Origin: Candidatus Electrothrix yaqonensis
GTDB lineage: Bacteria; Desulfobacterota; Desulfobulbia; Desulfobulbales; Desulfobulbaceae
NCBI GenBank assembly: GCA_047651235.1
Contig: CP178758.1
Coordinates: 1-32,000 of the forward strand
Length of the DNA: 32,000 bases
Direction of reading: 5' to 3'
A program made the position numbers and the translations under genes. The notes below the pieces were generated by a model. That model searched no databases and was not told the DNA's origin. It saw only the letters and a program-made list of their open reading frames with translations. Positions 25,928 through 32,000 of the stretch are shown here, piece by piece; position 1 is the stretch's first letter, and each line of letters opens with the position of its first letter.

Positions 25928-26677
25928 TCAGAAACTCACCCGGTCACCGGCAACCGGCAGCAGGGTGCCCGGCCTTTCCTGCACCATTTGTTTGATTGTA
26001 TTGATTTCGTTTTTCCGCACACTGTGTTCAATATGGACTAGGGCCACCTGGCCCACCTCTGTCTCATCCGCCAGGTTCAGGGTGCTGGTAATGGAGCCGT
26101 GATAGGGATAGGTATCGACCATATTGAATGATTCATGGATGACAAAATCGCACCCCTGAATCAGCTTTTTTACCTGGGTATTGGCCCGCCCGTCCCCGCT
26201 GTAGTACAGCCGTTTCGGACCGTCTTCAAGCAGCAGACCGAGGTTGTACTGGGTATGCTGGGTCAGGGCGGTGGACCATTGCATCCCGGCGATGGAAGCG
26301 GTCTCACGCGGAGAAATGACATGAAATTCAATAGGGAAGTTAATTTTTCTGCTGAACGTCGGATAGGCCATTTCCAGCAGTTCCATGGTTCTTTTTTCTA
26401 TCCCTTTCTGGCTGATGATCGGCAGAGGACGGGTACGGCCCATCTGCCAGAGACGAAGGAAAAGCAGGGGAAGGCCGAAGTAATGATCACCGTGATAATG
26501 CGAAATCCAGACATAGTCCAGCAGATGCGGATCCTCGATTGTCCGGAAGAAATGATGCGGCACAGTGAAGCCGCAGTCGAGCAATATTCTGGTGCCGTTG
26601 CTTGTTGTCAGCAGAGAAGAACTGTTTCCGTTGGCGGGATCGCAGGTCTCACCGACACCGAGAAAGAAAATTTCCAC
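25928..26677 (-). CDS. MBL-fold metallo-hydrolase (RNase Z/BN-like)
   Basis: HxHxDH is present as WISHYHGDHYFG. The N-terminus FLGVGE..LLDCG and the late DFVIHES block are also present. Confidence 0.8.
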   Translation of the reverse strand: MEIFFLGVGETCDPANGNSSSLLTTSNGTRILLDCGFTVPHHFFRTIEDPHLLDYVWISHYHGDHYFGLPLLFLRLWQMGRTRPLPIISQKGIEKRTMELLEMAYPTFSRKINFPIEFHVISPRETASIAGMQWSTALTQHTQYNLGLLLEDGPKRLYYSGDGRANTQVKKLIQGCDFVIHESFNMVDTYPYHGSITSTLNLADETEVGQVALVHIEHSVRKNEINTIKQMVQERPGTLLPVAGDRVSF

Positions 26678-26747
26678 AGTTGTTACTCCGTTAGATTATC
26701 GAGTATTACGTACTGTTTCCAAAGCATATTGTAAGCATGGTTATGAT

Positions 26748-26794
26748 CATGGAATCGACGGAGCTGCCGAGTGTGTCGCAGGACCATGGAATCG
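26748..26794. repeat. Direct repeat CATGGAATCG (x2, 37 bp apart) in the HD/MBL intergenic region
   Basis: CATGGAATCG is read directly at 26748-26757 and 26785-26794. Confidence 0.8.
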
Positions 26795-26818
26795 TGCTGA
26801 CGCATTGCGGACGTCTTG

Positions 26819-26837
26819 TGTAATGCGTTTGTAATGC
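26819..26837. promoter_or_regulatory. Direct repeat TGTAATGC x2 with 11-bp periodicity (candidate regulator binding site upstream of the MBL gene)
   Basis: TGTAATGC occurs at 26819-26826 and 26830-26837. On the minus strand this is ~140-160 nt upstream of the MBL start. The function is inferred only. Confidence 0.3.
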
Positions 26838-26907
26838 TACTCTCTTCAATATACGTATTTTTTATTTCCGAGGCAAGGCGGTTGCGGAATAAATTTTTCC
26901 TGTCCCG

Positions 26908-27549
26908 TCAACCGGTAAAATCCGAACGTTTCGGAACGTCCGGAAACTCTGGGAAATCCGGGAAAAAGCTGTCTGCGGCATACCGGTCAACCTGTCTTTC
27001 CACTTCTTCCGGTGGAAAATCGAGAAAAGAAAACAGAGTTTTTTCCAGCTGTCCGCATCTGCTGAAGTTGTTCCGGATCTGCCTGTGGAGCTGTTCATCG
27101 TTTTTTCCGTACTTTTCCAGGATATATTCCAGCCGCTCCTCAAGAGGGACAATGGCATCGTGCCGCACCCTTTTGTCTGCGTAATAGACGATTTCCTGAG
27201 CCTGAAAAATACCCTGCGCATATCTGTCCGGCGCAAAATCCCGGAGCATCACATGCCTCCCTACAATTTCGGCTATTTCCGGATAACCGTGGCGCAGACA
27301 GATTGCAGCCCCGGCCTCGTCATGTCTGCAGCCTTTTTCCAGACAGGGGGTCTTGGCAATATCGTGGAGCAGGGCGCCGCTGACGCAGAGCTGCAAGTCA
27401 GGTGCAGAGGAAACGACAGAGCTGTGCTGCAGGCCGACAGCCAGCACTTCGGCAATGCGGGCAACCAGTAGAGAATGCCGCCGGATATTGGGCAGCATCG
27501 CATACTGGTCCATCAGGGCTGCGCAGGCAGCAGGGGCCGGAATCTTCAT
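26908..27549 (-). CDS. HD-domain phosphohydrolase family protein
   Basis: GALLHDIAK, HDEAG and the later GRHV..YYADKR are HD-superfamily features. I chose the start at MKIPAPAA (27549); the longer ORF from 27801 would overlap hemE. Confidence 0.75.
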   Translation of the reverse strand: MKIPAPAACAALMDQYAMLPNIRRHSLLVARIAEVLAVGLQHSSVVSSAPDLQLCVSGALLHDIAKTPCLEKGCRHDEAGAAICLRHGYPEIAEIVGRHVMLRDFAPDRYAQGIFQAQEIVYYADKRVRHDAIVPLEERLEYILEKYGKNDEQLHRQIRNNFSRCGQLEKTLFSFLDFPPEEVERQVDRYAADSFFPDFPEFPDVPKRSDFTG

Positions 27550-27577
27550 GCCGATTATGATCCCCTCTTCTTCCCTC

Positions 27578-28600
27578 TTATCTGCCGCTGAAACGATGAA
27601 CCGCGTCAACCGCAATTTTTGCCTGATCCGGATCAGTCTGCGGCAGAATGCCGTGCCCAAGATTGAAGATATGACCCTTGGCGTTCCGGGCATCATCAAG
27701 AAGAGTTTTGATGCGTTGTTCCAGCTCTTCCTTGGGCAGAAACAGGGCAATCGGGTCCAGATTGCCCTGCACCGCATGGTCGCCGACCATCTCGACCGCA
27801 TCGCCGATATTGATCCGCCAATCCAGCCCTAACACGTCGGCTCCGGCATTTTTCGTATGCCGGATTAATGTGGAACCGTTATTGGCAAAATAAATAATGG
27901 GGATATCGGTCATTTTTCGCAGATCAGCGATAATGGACTGGACATAGGGCAGAGCAAACCGTTCGTAATCGCAGGGTGCCCAGATACCGGCCCAGGAATC
28001 AAAAATCTGCAGGGCCTGAGCACCGGCGCGGGCCTGGGCCTGGAGGTAGATGCTGGTGCATTCGGTAATTTTCTGCAGCAGGGCATGATACATTGCCGGT
28101 TCCTGAAAGGCCATCCTCTTGGTTTCCAGAAAGACCTTGGAGGAACCGCCCTCAATCAGGTAGGTGGCCAAAGTGAACGGCGCACCGGAAAAACCGATCA
28201 GCGGCACCTTGAGTTCCTGTCGAAGCAGCCGGATGGTTTCCAGGACAAAAGGCATGGTTTCTTCCGGATCAGGAATACGCAGGCGGTCCACCGCAGCCTG
28301 CTCACGCACCGGATCAGGAAAAATCGGCCCCCTGCCCTCATGGAACTCCAGGGTCAGGCCCATTGCCTCCATAGGAATCAGGATATCGGAGAACAGAATG
28401 GCAGCGTCAAAGCCGAAGATATCAATGGGCTGCAGCGTGACCTCGGTGCAGAGTTCCGGGTTTTTGCACAGTTCCAGAAAAGTGCGTTTGCTGCGCACGG
28501 CCTGATACTCAGGCAGGTAGCGTCCGGCCTGCCGCATGAACCAGACCGGGGTATAGTCGGTCTGTTCGCCGCGACAGGCTTTGAGAAAGGTATCGTTCAT
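27578..28600 (-). CDS. hemE: Uroporphyrinogen decarboxylase
   Basis: The N-terminus PVWFMRQAGRYLPEY, the later blocks ILFSDIL, IGFSGAPFT, QIFDSWAG and FNLGHGI, and the length (340 aa) are all hallmarks of HemE. Confidence 0.93.
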   Translation of the reverse strand: MNDTFLKACRGEQTDYTPVWFMRQAGRYLPEYQAVRSKRTFLELCKNPELCTEVTLQPIDIFGFDAAILFSDILIPMEAMGLTLEFHEGRGPIFPDPVREQAAVDRLRIPDPEETMPFVLETIRLLRQELKVPLIGFSGAPFTLATYLIEGGSSKVFLETKRMAFQEPAMYHALLQKITECTSIYLQAQARAGAQALQIFDSWAGIWAPCDYERFALPYVQSIIADLRKMTDIPIIYFANNGSTLIRHTKNAGADVLGLDWRINIGDAVEMVGDHAVQGNLDPIALFLPKEELEQRIKTLLDDARNAKGHIFNLGHGILPQTDPDQAKIAVDAVHRFSGR

Positions 28601-29141
28601 TTAATTAACTATATATCTTCAAAAGAAATCAGGAGCCAAGGAGCTCGGCAGCTTTTCCGGCAATTGTTGAAGCAAGCGGATGATCAAGAAATTTGCGGAG
28701 GAGAGTCTTTGCTTCTTCCTTTTCCTGCGGGGTTGCATCGGCAGATTCGATAGCCTTGACTAACTCAGGAAGAGTTAATGTGTTATTGCTGCCAATAATG
28801 TTATTGACATTTGTCGAGTCGCTAATAGTTACCGTGTTGTTATTATGCTGCACAAATTTCACCTTTATATCAGGAGTTGCTACGCCTTCGACGACATCTA
28901 TGCCATAGGCGTTAATTTTCCCTAATCCGAAACTAATTTCTCCGAGTGAATCGTAATCAGTAAATTTAGATGCCGTCCACTTAAGAAGGTTATATTCACC
29001 TAACTGATCACACACTTGGAGTATGTCTTGTTCGTCAACTTCAACATCAAGATCAGCAGGTTTTGGCGCAGGCAGAGAACTTTTGCGCCGTCGATCGTAA
29101 TAGTACTGAAGAATAAGGCCTCTTAGTTCTGTATCGTTCAT
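28590..29141 (-). repeat. 11-nt direct repeat pair ATGAACGATAC: first codons of orf170 and of hemE are identical
   Basis: The plus-strand sequence GTATCGTTCAT occurs at 28590-28600 (hemE start) and 29131-29141 (orf170 start). Both proteins begin MNDT. Confidence 0.9.
28629..29141 (-). CDS. Orphan hypothetical protein (170 aa), low-GC, wedged between the radical-SAM gene and hemE
   Basis: The ORF is intact. AAGGAG lies 10 nt upstream, inside the 3' end of the radical-SAM gene. Only 6 bp and 28 bp separate it from its neighbours. I recognise no family. Composition is clearly AT-richer than its neighbours. Confidence 0.65.
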   Translation of the reverse strand: MNDTELRGLILQYYYDRRRKSSLPAPKPADLDVEVDEQDILQVCDQLGEYNLLKWTASKFTDYDSLGEISFGLGKINAYGIDVVEGVATPDIKVKFVQHNNNTVTISDSTNVNNIIGSNNTLTLPELVKAIESADATPQEKEEAKTLLRKFLDHPLASTIAGKAAELLGS

Positions 29142-29161
29142 AGGTTTTTAGCTCCTTGGCT
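28634..29161. repeat. Perfect 12-bp inverted repeat bracketing orf170
   Basis: AGCCAAGGAGCT at 28634-28645 is the reverse complement of AGCTCCTTGGCT at 29150-29161. With a 3-nt bulge the match extends by ATC/GAT. The 29150-29161 arm contains the orf170 Shine-Dalgarno on the minus strand. Confidence 0.9.
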
Positions 29162-30200
29162 GATAGGAACAAAAGGGTTCTTGGGCAAGATAATCACCGT
29201 TCATGGCATAGGCCCTGGCCCGGCAGCCGCCGCAGACATTAACGTATTCACAACGTCCGCAGTTATCTTTATACCCTTTGAAATCGCGAAGCTCCAGAAA
29301 AAGTTCGGAGTTTTCCCAGATATCCTGAAAAGACTGCTCCCGTATGTTGCCTCCGGCCTTGGGAAAATAGCTGCACGGCAGCACGTTGCCGTCCACATCG
29401 ATCAGGCAGATCAGCTGCCCGGCCAGGCAGCCCTTGGACCCGCCGGTGGAAAACTTCAGGCTTCTCCGTTTGAACTTTTCCCCCTCAGCCTTGGAGCGCT
29501 GGAGCACGATGCGGTAATACTGCGGCGCGCAGGTGGGGCGGACCAGCATATCCTGCTCCTCTTTTTCCATATCATAATGCCAGTTGAGCATGTCCTCGTA
29601 TTCCGCCTCCGGGATCAGCTCCTCCATGATCTCCTTGCCGCGTCCGGTCGGCACAATCATGAACAGGTACCAGGCGGTGGCGCCCAGCTCCTTGACCAAG
29701 GTATAAATCTTCGGTGCTTCTTCTTTATTGCGCTTGGTAAAGGAAGAATTGATCAGGAACGGGATGCCGTGTTCATTGAACAGGCGGATGGCGTTCATGG
29801 TGCCTGCAAAGGCGCCCGGCTGATTGCGGAAATTATCGTGTACCTCGGCTGTGGAACCGTCCAGGCTCAGCGACACCATCTTGATGCCTGCCTCTTTGAT
29901 CCTGCGGCAAATATCTTCGGTCACCAGGGTACCGTTGGTGGCCAGACACATGCGCAGCCCCAATTCGGTACCGTAGGAGGCGATATCAAACACATCAGAC
30001 CGCAGCAGTGGTTCCCCGCCGGAGAGCACCACCACCGGATCGGCATAGGATTTGATATCGTCCAGAACGCGCTTGGCTTCGTCAAAAGAAAAATCAGGAT
30101 GGCCTGCCGCTTCAAGCTCAGAGGAAGAACGGCAGTGGACACAGTTCAGATTGCAGCGCCGGGTGATTTCCCAGGCGATCCATTTCGGTTCAAAATCCAT
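29148..30200 (-). CDS. Radical SAM/SPASM protein, AhbD/AhbC/NirJ-like (haem-branch tetrapyrrole modification)
   Basis: The radical SAM motif is CNLNCVHC at the N-terminus ([16 protein letters not shown]). Also present are [30 protein letters not shown] and TCAPQYYR. The C-terminal SPASM cysteines are [18 protein letters not shown]. The subfamily call is from memory of family blocks, not from a search. Confidence 0.7.
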   Translation of the reverse strand: MDFEPKWIAWEITRRCNLNCVHCRSSSELEAAGHPDFSFDEAKRVLDDIKSYADPVVVLSGGEPLLRSDVFDIASYGTELGLRMCLATNGTLVTEDICRRIKEAGIKMVSLSLDGSTAEVHDNFRNQPGAFAGTMNAIRLFNEHGIPFLINSSFTKRNKEEAPKIYTLVKELGATAWYLFMIVPTGRGKEIMEELIPEAEYEDMLNWHYDMEKEEQDMLVRPTCAPQYYRIVLQRSKAEGEKFKRRSLKFSTGGSKGCLAGQLICLIDVDGNVLPCSYFPKAGGNIREQSFQDIWENSELFLELRDFKGYKDNCGRCEYVNVCGGCRARAYAMNGDYLAQEPFCSYQPRS

Positions 30201-30248
30201 GTATTTTTTTGGGATGAAAAATGTTTGCGGAAACGATATAAAACCCCA

Positions 30249-30277
30249 ACTATATTCTTCCTGCAGAAAGGGGTCAA
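30249..30277 (-). promoter_or_regulatory. Sigma70-type promoter candidate for the radical-SAM/orf170/hemE/HD operon
   Basis: The minus strand reads TTGACC (30277-30272), a 17-nt spacer, then TATAGT (30254-30249). It lies ~45-50 nt upstream of the radical-SAM ATG at 30200. Confidence 0.45.
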
Positions 30278-30335
30278 CTGCTTTATTGGGGCAGCAGCTT
30301 CCCTATGTGTATCAGCGCGAGCGTACAGAGTATCC

Positions 30336-30345
30336 GGGGGGGGGG
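30336..30345. repeat. Homopolymeric G10 (C10 on the minus strand)
   Basis: Read directly. It sits between the islet gene terminators and the -35 of the predicted radical-SAM promoter. Confidence 0.95.
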
Positions 30346-30416
30346 CAGTCAGGCGGGATCAGCTGTTTTTGCAAAAAAATGGGGGTGACACGGATTCAAA
30401 TACTGTTGCCATGCAT

Positions 30417-30453
30417 CAAAAAAACCGGGTAACGCGCTAAGCACGTACCCGGT
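30417..30453 (-). terminator. Rho-independent terminator downstream of the 205-aa secreted protein gene
   Basis: On the minus strand, ACCGGGTA pairs with TACCCGGT (8 bp, plus 2 more bp across a 1-nt bulge). A run of 6-7 U follows (plus-strand A-run 30418-30424). Confidence 0.7.
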
Positions 30454-30470
30454 AGACTGGCCATAAAAAG

Positions 30471-30507
30471 AAAGAAGGGAAAGAAGGGCGCCAGGTATAA
30501 GCTGGCG
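30471..30507 (-). terminator. Second hairpin plus pyrimidine-rich tandem repeat just after the secreted-protein stop
   Basis: CGCCAG (30489-30494) pairs with CTGGCG (30502-30507) across a 7-nt loop. On the minus strand it is followed by CCCTTCTTT x2 (plus-strand AAAGAAGGG at 30471-30479 and 30480-30488) and then CTTTTTAT. Confidence 0.4.
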
Positions 30508-30533
30508 GTCCTTTTTAATCAGCAAGCCAACAT

Positions 30534-31151
30534 CTAATTACCAATAATTTTACAGCAAGTAGTGTAAAGCCATAGCTCCCCATACTCATCATTGTCTGAA
30601 GAGCACCCGTTATTGTCTTGCTGGACATCTAAATCATCGTTTGTTGTCTCAATGTCACCGTCATTCCGCTGACTGCATCCGGTATTTATCCAACCATCGT
30701 TACAGAACAATCCCCACGGATGATCATCGGCTCCCGGATTATCATATGTGGTAAAGACTTCAAAGGGATCACTTATCGAAATATTCATCTGGTTCGTAAT
30801 CTCAGGAGCATTCATAGAACCACCAATAAACATTCCTGTAACGCAGGCCAGTTGAGGCTCCGGTATACGAAGATCATCTAACCGCTTTTTAAGAGCTTCA
30901 ATCTCATCTTTGTTCTGCGCGATATCGTCTTTGTTTGCCTTGATATCACCTTCATGTCTGGCGGCTGTCTCCTCTAAAGCCTCAACACGCTTCTTAAGAC
31001 CTGGAAGGTCCCCAATCTGGGCTTTGATATCCGCAATATCAGCTATATTCTGGTCTACATCCTGTCTTACTCCAGATAACGCGTTGGAGCCCGAAAGAAT
31101 TAATACAGAGATGCCGATCAAGCCGCCTATAAAAAAATTTGCCTTTTTCAT
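30534..31151 (-). CDS. Orphan secreted or anchored protein: signal/anchor - coiled coil - Cys-rich acidic C-terminal domain (205 aa)
   Basis: I prefer the start MKKANFFIGGLIGISVLILSG (31151), which has AAAGGA 8 nt upstream; an ATG at 31160 is the alternative. The heptad-rich segment is DIADIKAQIGDLPGLKKRVEALEE..IEALKKRLDDL. The C-terminal ~110 aa has 7 Cys and many Asp/Asn. I recognise no family. Confidence 0.6.
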   Translation of the reverse strand: MKKANFFIGGLIGISVLILSGSNALSGVRQDVDQNIADIADIKAQIGDLPGLKKRVEALEETAARHEGDIKANKDDIAQNKDEIEALKKRLDDLRIPEPQLACVTGMFIGGSMNAPEITNQMNISISDPFEVFTTYDNPGADDHPWGLFCNDGWINTGCSQRNDGDIETTNDDLDVQQDNNGCSSDNDEYGELWLYTTCCKIIGN

Positions 31152-31392
31152 TTGCACCATCCTTTCTATGATAGCATTAATATTGAAGGGTTACTGACCA
31201 TTTTTAAGCAAAAAATAGGCCGGAATATAAAAAACAATACATATTGCGTTATCTTCCTGTTTTGCTGGAGAACAGGAGTGTTCTTATCTTGTTGATAACA
31301 ATAATCTTTCCTTGTAGCACAAATAGTGTGTATTTTTTTAACAACCCAACAGCCAAACTGTGAAAAAAGTAATCACGCCAGTATCATATACT

Positions 31393-31400
31393 GGGGGGGG
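31393..31400. repeat. Homopolymeric G8 fused to AGGA, upstream of (or inside) the 147-aa membrane protein ORF
   Basis: GGGGGGGGAGGA is read directly at 31393-31404. It lies 22 nt upstream of the ATG at 31422 and inside the longer GTG-initiated ORF from 31326. Confidence 0.95.
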
Positions 31401-31421
31401 AGGATATTCGAATCCAACGAG

Positions 31422-31865
31422 ATGACAACAAAGCAACCAGATGGAACTATTAGAATAATTCTCGCTGCCATCAGCATCTGCTGCGCCCTCCTCATCCTTT
31501 CCATTGCAGTCTTTCAGCGCCCGTATAATATGAATTTTATCGATCAGCTGACGGATTCCCTGCTTACAGCACCGGATGAACAACAGCTGGATCGGCTTTT
31601 ATCCTATCGACGGTACCATTCTGTTGATGCGGCCTTCTCCCTGCATTACCACGCCTGCCTCTGGGCGGTGTATACGAAATACCCCGAGTTTTTTCTCCGA
31701 TATACAAAGGGGCGATATGAAAATATCGTTCACGAAGTAATCACGCAGGGCGAGGAAATGTTTGCGGATTTTTATCCGGACGGCAGAGAGAGCAGGCAAA
31801 GGACAAAAAATATCGAGGCACAACGGCAGGAAAATGATACTCTATCTAATAGGAAAAACAGATAA
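31422..31865 (+). CDS. Orphan membrane-anchored hypothetical protein (147 aa)
   Basis: MTTKQPDGTIR is followed by one hydrophobic helix (IILAAISICCALLILSIAVF) and a ~110-aa soluble part ending in a basic tail. I recognise no family. It is divergent from the 205-aa gene. Confidence 0.5.
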   Translation: MTTKQPDGTIRIILAAISICCALLILSIAVFQRPYNMNFIDQLTDSLLTAPDEQQLDRLLSYRRYHSVDAAFSLHYHACLWAVYTKYPEFFLRYTKGRYENIVHEVITQGEEMFADFYPDGRESRQRTKNIEAQRQENDTLSNRKNR

Positions 31866-31906
31866 AATTTAATCGAAAGGAACCCGCAAACAACAGGTTG
31901 CATTAT

Positions 31907-32000
31907 ATGCTCATTGGAATTCCTCGGGAAATCAAGAAGGACGAGTACAGGGTGGCAATGCTGCCGGTCGGGGTGGAACTGCTGAAAAAGGACGGCTGCA
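31907..32000 (+). CDS. Alanine dehydrogenase / AlaDH-PNT family protein, N-terminal 31 codons only (runs off the window)
   Basis: My own translation from the ATG at 31907 gives MLIGIPREIKKDEYRVAMLPVGVELLKKDG. This matches the IG.P.E.K..E.RV...P.GV..L start typical of Ala dehydrogenase. PntA is a less likely alternative. Confidence 0.6.
   Translation, partial: MLIGIPREIKKDEYRVAMLPVGVELLKKDGC

Noticed and set aside
30359-30412. A 17-codon minus-strand ORF (MATVFESVSPPFFCKNS) upstream of the radical SAM/SPASM gene, considered as a RiPP precursor.
   Set aside because: It has no Shine-Dalgarno. It starts within the U-tract of the upstream terminator and lies upstream of the predicted operon promoter. 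The radical SAM enzyme looks like the AhbD/NirJ tetrapyrrole group rather than a peptide maturase.
29181-30440. A 419-aa plus-strand ORF, the longest unexplained ORF in the track.
   Set aside because: It is antisense to the radical-SAM gene, whose CxxxCxxC and SPASM cysteine motifs are unambiguous. Its translation is Gly/Ala/Arg/His-rich and featureless, as expected for a shadow ORF in GC-rich coding DNA.
1-32000. A scan of the whole window for CRISPR arrays, rRNA or tRNA genes, integron attC-like sites, reverse transcriptase or retron signatures, toxin-antitoxin pairs and known defence-gene motifs.
   Set aside because: I found no regularly spaced repeat-spacer structure, no cloverleaf-capable sequence, no RT (YxDD) or nuclease-helicase combinations, and no small gene pairs with a TA-like layout. 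An eye scan can miss divergent elements, so a proper HMM or covariance-model scan remains advisable.

Overview
The window starts exactly at the ATG of dnaA, so it is probably the conventional start of a chromosome assembly. Composition (core-gene lines I counted by hand are 53-65% G+C) and protein content (DnaA N-terminus, AhbD/NirJ-like radical SAM enzyme, very large hybrid kinase) suggest a Desulfobulbales-like deltaproteobacterium. That is a guess, not a result. I call 26 complete CDS, one partial CDS at the 3' edge and one transposase remnant. On the plus strand: dnaA, an AI-2E-type permease, nadC, a glycan-export/capping block (Wzt-type ABC ATPase, WbdD-like methyltransferase/kinase-like/coiled-coil protein, GT2), an SDR translationally coupled to a polytopic M48-TPR protease, and a sensory block (PhnD-like binding protein, 1378-aa dCache-HAMP-GAF-coiled-coil hybrid kinase with three receivers, CheR). 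On the minus strand: purC and adk. A small AT-rich accessory islet follows (IS remnant, small secreted Cys protein, 450-bp non-coding stretch). Next are CYTH-like/CHAD plus an orphan ParA-type ATPase, ogt, mtaD, an OmpA-family protein, an MBL hydrolase, then a minus-strand operon radical-SAM/SPASM - orf170 - hemE - HD hydrolase. A second low-GC islet holds two divergent orphan envelope proteins, and the window ends in the start of an alanine-dehydrogenase-like gene. I found no rRNA, tRNA, CRISPR array, intact IS, or recognisable defence or toxin system. The most unusual signals are listed below. (1) A low-GC orphan gene sits between the radical-SAM gene and hemE, bracketed by an 11-nt duplication of the hemE start and a 12-bp inverted repeat that includes the Shine-Dalgarno. 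(2) An AhbD-like enzyme is co-operonic with hemE. (3) A CHAD polyphosphate-granule-type protein is paired with an orphan ParA. (4) A hybrid kinase whose E/Q-rich coiled coil carries chemoreceptor-like methylation motifs lies next to a CheR with no CheB. (5) Helically phased CGGTAT repeats lie downstream of dnaA. (6) G10 and G8 tracts flank the second islet. All functional calls rest on motif recognition by eye. No searches were run.
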